Origin: Eledone cirrhosa | Lineage: Eukaryota | Reading direction: 5' to 3' | Assembly: GCA_964016885.1 (NCBI GenBank) | Contig: OZ024740.1 | Span: 222,580,001 to 222,644,000, forward strand | DNA: 64,000 nucleotides | Shown here: positions 1 to 11,576 of the stretch, in pieces | How positions within the stretch are numbered: position 1 is the stretch's first letter | How the letters are laid out: each line of letters starts with the position of its first letter | The notes under the pieces: generated by a model | Told to the model about the DNA's origin: nothing | Database searches by the model: none | The model's input: only the letters and a program-made list of their open reading frames with translations | Made by a program: the position numbers and the translations under genes

Positions 1-327
1 TATGATATAAGCAGAGGAAAATATTTGTTGACAACACTAATAAAATCTCTTTATTGTTGTAGAATATGAACAATGATAAGATGTATGTGTTTGTGAATGT
101 TATTAAATTGTCTTTTCATATGAGCAACTTTAAAATGTGCAATAAAATAGGTAATTTACAAACAAAATTTAACTCAAGATTGGATTGTATATCTTTTTCT
201 CACTCTCTTTGCACTTTGCATCTATATGTGTGTGTTTTTGTCTATTTCCTTGTCTGTCCCTCACTCCTCCTCTCTCTCTCCCTCTCTCACATCTACACAC
301 ACACACATACATATATATAATAGAGAA

Positions 328-364
<37 letters not shown>

Positions 365-438
365 TAGAGAGAGAGACAGACAGAAACACAGACACATATA
401 TACAGATATGTATATAAATGAGGAATTTCATGTTAAAT

Positions 439-830
<392 letters not shown>

Positions 831-1196
831 AATTATTTCCAATAAAATATTTCTATATTTCTTGTTTATTGAATAGCAAGCAAAAATATTTGGGTTGAAT
901 GATCATTCTGTGTTAAATGTTTATATTTAGAATAGTAATTCATAATCAACTGAGAAATGCTGAATAAATCTGTCAAAAGCACAAGATTTTAGCAAAGAAG
1001 AAAATATGTTGATTTGAAGTCAAAATGCCATGAAAGCAAGAGACCAGTTTACTTTTGAGATATCTTGTTGCAAATTTCAATAATGACTCAGCAACACATA
1101 GTAATGTTCATGGAGTTTTATCTATTTTGTTTTCGTATTTGTTATTTGCTGATAGGAAAATATTATATAAATATCTTTAGTTTCAGAATAAATTCA

Positions 1197-1243
<47 letters not shown>

Positions 1244-1325
1244 TGTATCTGTGTATATATATATACACATATATATATCTGTGTATATATATATATATAT
1301 ATGGGGAGGGTCATATTGTTGTAAT

Positions 1326-2126
1326 AATATTGCCAGAATTAATAACAGAACACACTCACTATTTGGTAAGATGTACAAAGGGTACTTGCAGAAACATGAC
1401 AACAACATACATAGGTGAGACAGTTCGTAGCATAGGTGAAAGGATAGACCAACACTGGGGGGGGGGGGGGGGGGACACTAAAAGGACGAAAAAGTGTTTC
1501 AGTACTATACAAACACGCCAGACAACAACACGACGGTAACATAGACAACATAGAAATTAAAATAATATCGAAACATAGAAATGACCCAGCAGATAGTAAA
1601 ATCAGAGAGGCCAGTGAAATAGAACTTAGAAGGCCAAAGCTAAACAGAAAAAATGAATGGAATAACAACAACACTGACTTAAGAGAAATATAAATGAATA
1701 AATAAATAAATAAATAAATAAATACGTACATAAGCACAATAACAACAAACTCATATAAACACACACTAGTAAACTAAGATAGAATACAATAACCAAAACA
1801 CAGTCACCCAAACACGAACACACATCAAACACTATACACACACGCAAACACATGCAAAGACAAAAATAAATAAATAAATAAATAAATAAACAGATTAAAT
1901 AAAGATGGCGTAGACATACAATACAACAGGAGGAAACATAATAGCACCACTGACGATGTTGCAGATGTGCAACGAAAGAGCTTTGTTAGACTATATATGT
2001 GTTTGTGTCTATATTATATATGTATTTTTGACCGTTGGTCAGTCAATGGTAAACATTGAGGACCGAATAAATTAAATTAACTGATATAAAAGATACAGAA
2101 GCGAAAACCAACCAAACAGTGAGTGT
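1326..2126 (+). mobile_element. Penelope-like element remnant: GIY-YIG endonuclease fragment plus pseudo-LTR
   Basis: ORF 1243..1539 contains CTKGTC...TYIGETVRSIGERIDQH (YIG-ET-R-E-R-H pattern). Another frame downstream gives IREASEIELRRPKLNRK, the typical PLE endonuclease C-terminus. The 3' part recurs at 63283-64000 and carries a hammerhead-like core. Confidence 0.8.
1945..1988 (+). ncRNA. Hammerhead-ribozyme-like motif (minimal type I) in the Penelope pseudo-LTR
   Basis: CTGACGA (1950-1956), one extra T, stem II GTTGCA-GATG-TGCAAC, GAAA (1974-1977), short self-complementary GAGCT stem III; stem I is weak. Confidence 0.55.
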
Positions 2127-2190
2127 GACCCTCCCCAAGTATAACAATATTTGTTTCGACACACGATTTCATATCAAAAACCTTGCAAAA

Positions 2191-2253
<63 letters not shown>

Positions 2254-2256
<3 letters not shown>

Positions 2257-3999
2257 TCTGCTGAAATAGCGGAGATGCTGGAGAGAAGGCATGTGGGTGT
2301 GTGCTGCGTGCAAGAGGTAGTTTCTGGCAAACATCTTAGCTATAAGCTTTTCTGGGTAGGTAAGGATGATGGGTTAGGGGGAGTAGGCATTTTTCTGGCT
2401 GAGAGATGGATTAATAAGACAATAGAGGTAGTTCAAGTTAATAATCGAATAATTAAGCTTAGATTAGTTGTAGGCAGGAGACTACTGCAATCATCTCTGC
2501 CTATGCTCCCCAAGCAGGCCTAGGCAAAGAAGAGGAAGACTGCCTTTACGAGCAACTTTTACAAACAGCCACAATGACAGAGGGCGGAGACATCGTTATG
2601 CTAGCAGGGGACTTCAAGGATGGTTACACTGGGGTACATGGTGGGCACGGTTACGGCTCAAGAAATGAAGAAGGAGTGAGACTTCTTGAATTTTGTGATG
2701 CAATTACAGTGATTATTTGTAACATTAACTTCCAGAAACCTGCCAACCACGTAATAACTTACAAATCAGGCGAGCACATAAGCCAGATTGACTTCTTACT
2801 AGTTAGGCAGCAGGACAGGCAGATGGTGTCATATACCAAGGCATACTCTGGGGAAGACTGTACCCCACAGCATAGGTAAGTCGTTAGTGATATCTCAGTA
2901 AGCAAGAGATGTGTATGACGAAAAAGAAGACGATTTAGAGGCGTATGACATAGATAATAACTGGAATTTCTCACGTGACAACTTACTGCAGGTTACTGAT
3001 GAAACTTGTTGTTGGAGCAGAGCTCCAACCAGACAGAGAGTGACCTGGTGGTGGAACAGCACGGTAGATAAGGCCATTAGAGACAAAAGACTAGCATGGA
3101 AGGCTTGGAAAAATGGTGGCAGTAGAGAAGGATATACAGCCGCTAAGAGAGAAGCTAGACGTCAGGTGTACTTAGCACGCAGGGAGGCTGAGAGTAGGAG
3201 GTTTGCCAATGTTCTGCGACGGGAAGATCAGAGGCGTTCGGTGTTCCACATTGCAAGGCAGTGTGTCAATGCAAATCAGGATGTTGTTGGAGATAAATGT
3301 GTCCAGAATGATCCTGGTGTACTTAGTGTCATGAATAACCAGAAAAAGGAGGCCTGGAAATGTCATTATGAGAGACTGATGAATGTGGAGAACGAATAGG
3401 AGAGAGAGAAATTACCCTCAGTAGATCCGACAGAGGGACCAGCTATTGAGATTGACGAATATATCGTCTAAGAAACGATTAAGGAAATGAAAAATGGTAA
3501 GGCTGCTGGAACGTCGGGGATAGTTGCTGAGATGCTGAAAGCATCAGGGGATGTATGCACTAAACTGGTTGCACGCATTATCAATCAGGCTATATATGGT
3601 GGTGTCATACCCAAAGACTGGTGCAGCAGTATTCTCATAAATTGCTACAAAGGTAAAGGGGATGCTCTGGAGAAGAGCAGTTATAGGGGTATAAAACTGA
3701 TGGATCAGGTTATGAAAGTGGTAGAAAGGATATTAGCACAAATAATTAGAGAAAGGTTCAAACTAGATGAGATGCAATTTGGTTTTGTGCCTGGGAAAAG
3801 TACAACAGATGCCCTCTTCTTGGTGAGACAATTACAAGAGAGGCTCTTAGAGAAGAATAAGCCACTATACTTAGCCTTTGTTGACCTAGAGACGGCCTTT
3901 CAAAGGGTACCCCGATCTGTCATCTGGTGGTCCCTAAGGAAACTAGGTGTTGAAGAATGGCTTGTGAGGACATATAAGGTGTATATGAACAATGTATGA
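2254..3999 (+). mobile_element. RTE-clade LINE ORF2 fragment (APE endonuclease + N-terminal RT), frameshifted and 3'-truncated
   Basis: Endonuclease motifs VCCVQE, GGVGIFL, AYAPQ, LAGDF, NEEGVRLLEFC, SQIDFLL; RTE linker TWWWN; RT motifs YKGKGD..SYRGIKL, QFGFVPGKSTTDA, AFVDLETAF. Confidence 0.95.
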
Positions 4000-5098
4000 T
4001 ATATTTATGGTTAATTAAACATTGAAGAGTCTTGCTTAGAATATTTTAGGCTGTAATCATATCTCAGTCGTTGGTGAGAATTTAAGATTTTTGTTTCTGA
4101 ACACACATGGGTGAGAAGAATGTGTGTGTATATGTTTCTGAGTATAAAATAATGAATAGAAGAAATCTAAGACATTTTATTTGTCTTACAATATAAAGGA
4201 GATGAACAATGGAAATGTTGAAAAACCTTACATAGGCTCCATTATAATATATGTAGATCAATCTCTATATTACAATTTGAGAATTGACTCGAGGAATCTG
4301 TCATTAACCCTTAATTTTCTACAGAGCTGTTCTGCTAGAGGACAGGTCGCTGGTGGTAGATAGTATTACAGCCACCATAATGTTTATTTGCAATATTAGT
4401 GGGTTCCTGCTGGACAAATAAGCAACTTCAGACCAACAGCAGTAAACTACTAGGGGAGATGGAACAATGAGTGAGACCTTTATCCTGCAAGAACACTCTC
4501 ACAACTCAGTGATGTAACTATGATGAGGCAAGTAAAGGCCACCTCTAAAAGAACCTAGTCTTCATGTGTCTGAGAATGTACCAGATTCATGACTGACAGG
4601 AAAAAGACCACCAAAGCTGCAAAAAAATCATCATACTGAATCATCCTTCATGCAGGTTAACAAGGGACACGTTCAGGCCTTAGGTAGAGGGACTTGTTAA
4701 AAAAATATATCTCAGTTTTCATTTCATTCTGTAAAAACTGGCAACAGTCCTGTGACATGACCTGAGATATGTGGGATGGATGCACAACAATTGCAAACTC
4801 AATCCTATATCTACAAATATTTAGGAAAACAAGAAATTTCCAGAAAAATATTTATGATACAATGATTAAATTGTAATACATTGATACATCTTTATATATT
4901 ACTAATTGAGCTTAAGCAATGTTTTTCACCTCTTTCTTGTTGAAACATGCATAACCCCCTCCCCAACAAAAAGGTCTTCATTCTCCTCATCTTGGATGTC
5001 TATCCTTTATTGTTTATGAGCTATATACATCTGCATTCATACATGCTGGAATTATTTTCTTAAAGTCTAATTCCTAGTACTTTATGCATTATAAATGT

Positions 5099-5313
5099 GA
5101 AGGCACATGGCTGAGTGGTAAGAGAATTGGATTCACAATTGTGAGGTTGTAAGTTCGATTCCTGGACTGGGCCATGAGTTATGTCCTTGAGCAAGACACT
5201 TTATTTCATGTTGCTCCTTCTACCTGGAGTTGTGACCGATAGAAAGTATTAGCAATTGGAAAAACCAACGGAAACACTGTTTCCTCAGTCCGATTTGACA
5301 AAAGTCGATCGAC
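5099..5313 (+). mobile_element. tRNA-derived SINE, family A
   Basis: A-box TGGCTGAGTGG and B-box GTTCGATTCC (5153-5162); collinear with the copy at 7984-8201. Confidence 0.85.
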
Positions 5314-5509
5314 TATATATATATATGTGATGAATCCTTTTTGTTTCTTTTCTCTTTTTTTTTTTGCTGATTGTGTTTGGAATTACAATAGGTATGACAT
5401 TTTGTTGGCATAATTGCCTTCATCGGTGCAAACAGTTTCAAAAATGATACACACACTCACACTAATGCATTCCAGTGGAGGCCATTTCTATATCAAATTT
5501 GTTGTATAC

Positions 5510-5850
5510 ATTCTACTGCCTGTGAAATGATCCTTCGTATGTCCTGGTGTGACCGAGTGCAAAACGAAGAAATGCTGTGGAGAGCCAAGTCGTGGATGCT
5601 ACAGTGGATGGTCGCACAGCACCGGTGCCACCTGGTTGGCCATATTTTGCACCTGCCTGGCGAATGATACTCGAAAACATCGATGAAGTGGACTCTGCCT
5701 GGTGGTAAACAGAGGTGTGGTTTGCCTCAGGATCACCTGGCAATGAACGTTCCAAAAAGACCTGATGCCATGGATGTGAAAAAGCCGCTGCTGATTTGAC
5801 CGTTAAAGAGTACTTACTGCTCGATGCACCAAACAGCATGGAAGAACCTA
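5510..5850 (+). mobile_element. Decayed RTE-type LINE C-terminal fragment
   Basis: The plus frame reads MILRMSWCDRVQNEEMLWRAK...LVGHILHLP...WTLPGGKQRCGLP, matching the RTE C-terminal pattern W.DR..NEE.L...GHI.R...GKR.RGRP; contains stops. Confidence 0.7.
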
Positions 5851-5883
5851 AGACTAAGATATACATATCTATATGTCTATATA

Positions 5884-5927
<44 letters not shown>

Positions 5928-5991
5928 AGATAGAAAAATGCGTACAGCAAATAAAAGTAATATTGTTGGAATATAAACCTTTAAAAATACA

Positions 5992-6102
5992 GGACAAGAA
6001 ACTAAAATGAAACTTTAAAAGAATAGGACAAGAAACTAAGATAAAACTTTAAAAGAATAGGACAAGAAACTAAGATAAAACTTTAAAGAATTGGACAAGA
6101 AA
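5992..6102. repeat. ~34-bp minisatellite, about 3 copies
   Basis: The unit GGACAAGAAACTAAGATAAAACTTTAAAAGAATA repeats in tandem. Confidence 0.9.
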
Positions 6103-6824
6103 TAAAAAATGTTACAATAATGTTAGTGGCAAAATTTTTATTGGTAAAAAATCGAGTTCCACATTCATAGGCTCTGGGTTCCACATTCAGAGGTCGTCGT
6201 CAGATCGGGGGATCATTTGATCCTGGTTTGAACACCAATTGGGCCATAACCATACCCCTATTTCATCATCCGGCGACACGCCTCATGTGTCATGCATAAT
6301 GTGAATGGACCCATGGGCCCATGAGCACAGATCTTGAGCAGCAGCGGACGGTCTTGTCGTCCCGCTCGTCCTTGATCTTGACCAACCCGTCCATCTTCTC
6401 CTTGCATCTTGTCCTTGAGTTCAAGTCCGGCAGTCCAGATGAATGCGTGCCACAGCTTTCTGGTACATGAAGGGGGAACAGGAGGACTGGAGGGAGGACC
6501 GGTGGTTGAGGGAGGTGCCGTAGTCGGTGGTCAGAGTCGACATCATGTCCCGGTCGTCTTCTCCATCTTCGTCTGGTGTTGCGGGACCAGAAGTGCATTC
6601 TTGGAGGAGACCTGCAGCTGCATTGGCCAATTCTTCTTGCAATGGTCATTCTGACGGAGCAGAACTGCTCAGCCAACCAACCCCAACCAGAACCAACCAC
6701 TCAGGGGCAACGCACAATGAGAGCATGACAATTATTATGCACTAATCAAGAAGATACTGGGGCATAGCACAGGAAACGAATAAAAAAATTTTGCCACTAA
6801 TATTATTGTAAAATTTTTTATTTC
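6099..6824. mobile_element. Unclassified element with ~45-bp inverted terminal repeats around a GC-rich, coding-like core
   Basis: 6099-6142 is the near reverse complement of 6779-6824; the interior is much more GC-rich than its flanks. Confidence 0.55.
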
Positions 6825-7399
6825 GGATGCATGGAATTCCTCATAAAATGCACCTATGAATCGGAAGCCATCACATATATCAATGGATATTGTTCACACT
6901 GGAAGACCATCACTTCATTTGTGACTTCCTCAGTTATCACCACGATTATCTCAGACACCCAATGCCATTGATGAGAGGTGATCCAATGTGTGAGCATGTA
7001 ACTAATCTTATAGAAGTTGTTATCGACCACCTGGCTTTTAGTGACATTTGACTGATTTGACTGATAATGATGTATTTTTAAAAATTATGTGTACATTCTT
7101 GTTACTATTTTAAGGCAATGCAAGCAACAACTATTTAATAAAATTAAAATTTAAAAATGACCATTGTGCATTACTAGTATGATGACATTTTATTAAGTCA
7201 CAAAATTAGTCAGTCAGCCATAGAACAAGGATCAGGTGGCAAAAACATTGGCAAAAATTTGTGTCAATTTAAGATTTCGAACATTGTTCAAATGAATCAT
7301 ATCTGGTTTGAAGTCAGATTTGTCAAATTTTGACCAATTTTCAATGTTGTGAAGATTGGGCAAGTTCAATTTTTGAATCATTTCTTTCATGCAGTAATT

Positions 7400-7686
7400 A
7401 AACTTTTCCAAACGTCGTCATTTCTGGATTACCTCCCCTAGCGTCACGCTTACTACTCACTCACTTGAACACAAGATTTATCAGCAAACTTTGTTATAAA
7501 CTTTTTCCCGCTGGACCAAATTTCTAGATTTTTAAGCCAAAAGATGCGTAATGATCTACTGTTCATGCTCATATAAGTTTTATCTCAGTTAAATAAAGTA
7601 GAGCCGCGCTGTACTGTCGTAAACAGACAATTGCCAACGGAAACACGACCACAACAATATTACTAAACGGACTTCCGTCCGTCTAG
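7400..7686 (+). mobile_element. Helitron-like 3' terminus
   Basis: Hairpin ACGGAC-TTCC-GTCCGT (7667-7682) followed immediately by CTAG (7683-7686); the 5' boundary is unknown. Confidence 0.45.
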
Positions 7687-7693
7687 GATATAT

Positions 7694-7972
<279 letters not shown>

Positions 7973-7983
7973 TAAATAAAAGT

Positions 7984-8201
7984 GAAGGCGCATGGTCGAG
8001 TGGTTAGGGAATTGGATTCACAATCTTGAGATTGTGAGTTCAATTTCTGGACCGGGTGATGCGCTATGTCCTTGCGCAAGACACTTTATTTCACGTTGCT
8101 CCTTCTACCTGGAGTTGCGACCGATAGATAGTACTAGCAACTGGAAAGACCGACGAAAACATTGTTTCCTCGGCGGTCCGATCTGACGAAAGTCGATCGA
8201 T
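7984..8201 (+). mobile_element. tRNA-derived SINE, family A (second copy)
   Basis: A/B boxes present; aligns end to end with 5099-5313. Confidence 0.85.
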
Positions 8202-8779
8202 CCTTTTATGTATATATATATATACACACTCACATTGTTATCCATTGTTATTATGAAATGTCTGTCGGTTGGAAAGTGCCCGGCTCTGAACTGGGGTGCC
8301 ACTGTGATAAGGGTTTGGCACAGCCAACTAGCCTGTCCTTTCTAATAGTCATGTCAGCCAGTGCTGGGCTTTGAAACTGTGGTTCCACTGTGAGATAGGT
8401 TCAGCGTGGCCAGCTGGCCTGGCCCTCCTCATAACAGTGCCATCCAGTCTCTGGCTGCCAGAGTCTGGTTTCATATTGAGAAGTGTCTGTCACATGGAGA
8501 GTGCCAGGCTTTGAAACTGGGGTGCCGCTGTGAGGTTTCAGCCTGGCCAGCTGGCCTGTCCCTGCTAATATTGGTATCACTGGTCCCTTTGCATAGTGGT
8601 GCCATCCAACGCCAGGCTCCCAAACTGTGGATCCACACCTGTCCCTCCTCATACCAAGAATTAACAATGAGTACAGTGAAAATAATCAGTATGTAGGTAG
8701 TTGTTCACGAGGAGTCTATCCCCAGCCCATTCTGCTAGATATGCAATATAAGAGTTGGTAGAAATCCTGTACTCTGTAT

Positions 8780-9250
8780 AAAATATAAACAATGGCTACA
8801 TAAGAGATTTTGCTGGGTCTCAGGCAGGCAATCAAAGAATGTCAGCTAAGTATGTGACAAGGTACAGTGGCTATAGTGAGAAGTGGGCAGTAAAAGTTCT
8901 GCTGGATACAGAATACTTCTTTTTCAAGACAAAAGGAAAATTGTTTGATACCTGTGTGAGAACTGCAATGTTGTATGGAAGTTAGACATTCATTCACCAT
9001 TATAGTTCTCTCTGCAATGCGACTTGGGCTTTGAATGCAGAGGATAAGCAAATATCTGAAAAGAAAATTAGGTGAGCATTCTCTAATGGATGGATACTGA
9101 AAGTTGATGGAAACTATGGAAGAGGTAAATCAAAAAATACTTGGGATGACATGATAAAGGTGACCTCGGGAAGCTGAACCTCACAAAGGAAATGACAGGA
9201 TCATATCATCTGGAGGCATACTGAGCAACAGAAAACTCACCATCCCATAC
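8780..9250 (+). mobile_element. Highly decayed RTE LINE 3' fragment
   Basis: Residual KGKLFDTCVRTAMLYGS and GRGKSKNTWDDMIK, matching the RTE at 19146-20457. Confidence 0.65.
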
Positions 9251-10017
9251 AAGTAGGGCAAAGCACAAGCAAAAAAAATTAAAATATAAGCAGACTTGAC
9301 ACTTTTGTCCACTTTCCTCACTTTATTCACCACCCACTCCTCAAATGCCATTCAGCTACATTCTCTCCCTGCTCCACTTCCCTCATTTAACCTATGCCAG
9401 TACAGAAAGAAAAAAGAAGTGTCTCCACCAATACTGTGTTCCTTCTCCCACCCTACTACACCCCAAATTCACATACACTACACAACTCATGTTAGCATGA
9501 ACCAAAGATTTATCCCATACTCCCTCCTACATATCTTATTAACTACCTTGTTTAACCCATGCCTATATGGAAAGCCAGACATACCTCACAATATACTGCC
9601 AGATGTAACACACTTACTTCAAGGCAATGCACATCACACAACACTTCATTTCTTGCAGTAGTATGACCTCTTCAGTGATGTTGCTATAATATACATATAC
9701 ACAACCCACTCTGTAAAGTTGTAGTGCTGGAGCCACAATGAAAAGCAACTAGTCCGCATTGGGAGGCATTAGTGCAGGTGTGATGACAAAAGCACCTAGC
9801 CCACCATATAAGATGGTAGTACCGGAGTCCTAATAAAACATTCCCAATACATGCTGAAAAGTGGTGGGAATTAGGAAGACCATCCAGCCATAGAAACCAA
9901 GCCAAAATACATGAAGATGATGTGGTCACCTGACTAGTAGTCTCGCCTTAGAACAGGACAACCTCTCTAACCCCTGCAATCACAGAAAATGGACATTAAA
10001 TGATGAAAATGATGATG

Positions 10018-10270
10018 ATCATCATCATCATCAACGTTTAACGTCCATGTTCCATGCTTGCATAGGTTTGGACAGGGGTTTTCCCACTTGAGGCAAGAGT
10101 CATTGTCTTGCTCGCATAGGACTGTCTGGCGGGTTTTCTACAGCTGGATGCCCTTCCTAACACCAACCACATTTACAGTGTGGAGCTGGGAGGTTTTTAC
10201 CGTGTTGCCTACACGGCCACATTACAGCGTGGACTGTCTGGCGGGTTTTCTACAGCTGGATGCCCTTCCT
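10018..10270 (-). mobile_element. RTE 3'-UTR fragment with (CAT)n tail
   Basis: Closely matches 34597-34820 and the reverse complement of 20230-20457. Confidence 0.8.
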
Positions 10271-10473
10271 ATGATGGTATATTTAGATAAAAAGGTTGGT
10301 CTGCCCCAAGACGAGAGACTCAACACACTGGAGTACATCCTGATTTCATTGCTGTTAAGTAAAAGTACAAGATATCCCTGTGTATTTGATACCACTCTAT
10401 TGCAGATTTAACCACCAACTACTGATACTCATTTCTTTCCCATTGAGGAGTCAGGAAGCATCTTACACAGAAG

Positions 10474-10625
10474 ATAATTGTTTCTACTTTAGGCACAAGG
10501 CCAGAAATTACCCAGTGCATTACTGGTACTTTATTTTATCGACCCCGTAAGGATGAAAGGCAAAGTCAACCTCGGCGGGATTTGAACTCAGATCGTAAAG
10601 GGGCGTAACTATGCTGGAAAGCGTC
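10474..10625 (-). mobile_element. SINE family B, 5'-truncated
   Basis: Reverse complement of GTTCAAATCCCGCCGAGGTTGACTTTGCCTTTCATCCTTACGGGGTCGATAAAATAAAGTACCAG, which recurs many times in the window and resembles the MetaSINE core domain. Confidence 0.8.
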
Positions 10626-10735
10626 TTACACAGGAGATAATGCACTGATCTTTGATTCAGGAATTGAATCTATGACCTCATCATCATGAGCTTAACTCCC
10701 TGATCACTAGGCCAAACATCTTCATCTACATATAT

Positions 10736-10998
10736 CATCATCATCATCGTCATCATCATTTTACGTCCACTTTTCCCTGCTTTCAAGGGTGGGACAGTTC
10801 CTATTCAGCACAGCATCTCTCCACTTGTCACAGTCCTTCATCATCTTCTCCGTGAGCTTCAGCGATCTGAGGTCTGCTGTCACCACCTCCGCCCATGTTT
10901 CTCGTGGTCTTCCTCTACTGCATCTTCCTTCTACTGGCATTTCTTGGCACTTCTTTACCCAGCGGTCATCCTCCATGCGCATCACATGTCCATACCAT
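10736..10998 (-). mobile_element. RTE LINE 3' end (second RTE family) with (GAT)n tail
   Basis: MRMEDDRWVKKC...EGRCSRGRPRETW; related pieces at 11630-11895 (+), 24708-24862 (+), 29774-29923 (-), 33808-34050 (-) and 48765-49010 (+). Confidence 0.88.
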
Positions 10999-11176
10999 AT
11001 GTGTGTGTGTGAGCATTTTTATATTTATATTATATATATATATATATATATATAGGAGGTGAGTTTTATTGTAGTACAATAAAGCAATGCAGATATCGGA
11101 TAAGAAGCACTCTACAGTTTGTGGGACTGGAGTATGCATAATATAAGATCAAAAGATGGTTAAAGGAGTTCAATAT

Positions 11177-11245
11177 ATTTTATTATGCGCATTTCAAAAA
11201 CAAACATCATCAAACAATAATATTTGTGTTTTCATCAGATAAAAC
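11177..11245 (-). ncRNA. Minimal type I hammerhead ribozyme motif (left arm)
   Basis: Mirror copy of the motif at 11419-11487. Confidence 0.75.
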
Positions 11246-11418
11246 AGGAGAACATGATATGAAGGCTAAAAAAACACTTGTTGATAGTGCAGTTTTAAAT
11301 CAACATATCATATGTTGATTTAAATCAACAAATGCAGTTTTAAATCAACAAATCAATATGTTGATTTAAAACTGCACTATCAACAAGTGTTTTTTTAGCC
11401 TTCATATCATGTTCTCCT

Positions 11419-11487
11419 GTTTTATCTGATGAAAACACAAATATTATTGTTTGATGATGTTTGTTTTTGAAATGCGCATAATAAAAT
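11419..11487 (+). ncRNA. Minimal type I hammerhead ribozyme motif (right arm)
   Basis: Stem I GTTTTAT/ATAAAAT; CTGATGA 11426-11432; 16-position stem II (one mismatch, three G-U pairs, GTTT loop); GAAA 11469-11472; palindromic stem III TGCGCA; AUA triplet with predicted cleavage after 11480. Confidence 0.78.
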
Positions 11488-11518
11488 ATATTGAACTCCT
11501 TTAACCATCTTTTGATCT

Positions 11519-11576
<58 letters not shown>

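Larger units (their letters stand above)
11138..11526. repeat. Inverted repeat with 171-bp arms (11138-11308 / 11356-11526) and a 47-bp spacer; probable Penelope inverted pseudo-LTR
   Basis: By eye the arms are exact reverse complements; the unit lies between (TA)n tracts. Confidence 0.92.

Noticed and set aside
5099-5175. tRNA-like sequence with A and B boxes (also at 7984 and ~28070-28139)
   Set aside because: No clean cloverleaf, and it continues into a repeated SINE body; these are SINE heads.
5513-5866. 117-aa minus-strand ORF
   Set aside because: Antisense shadow of a plus-strand RTE C-terminal fragment.
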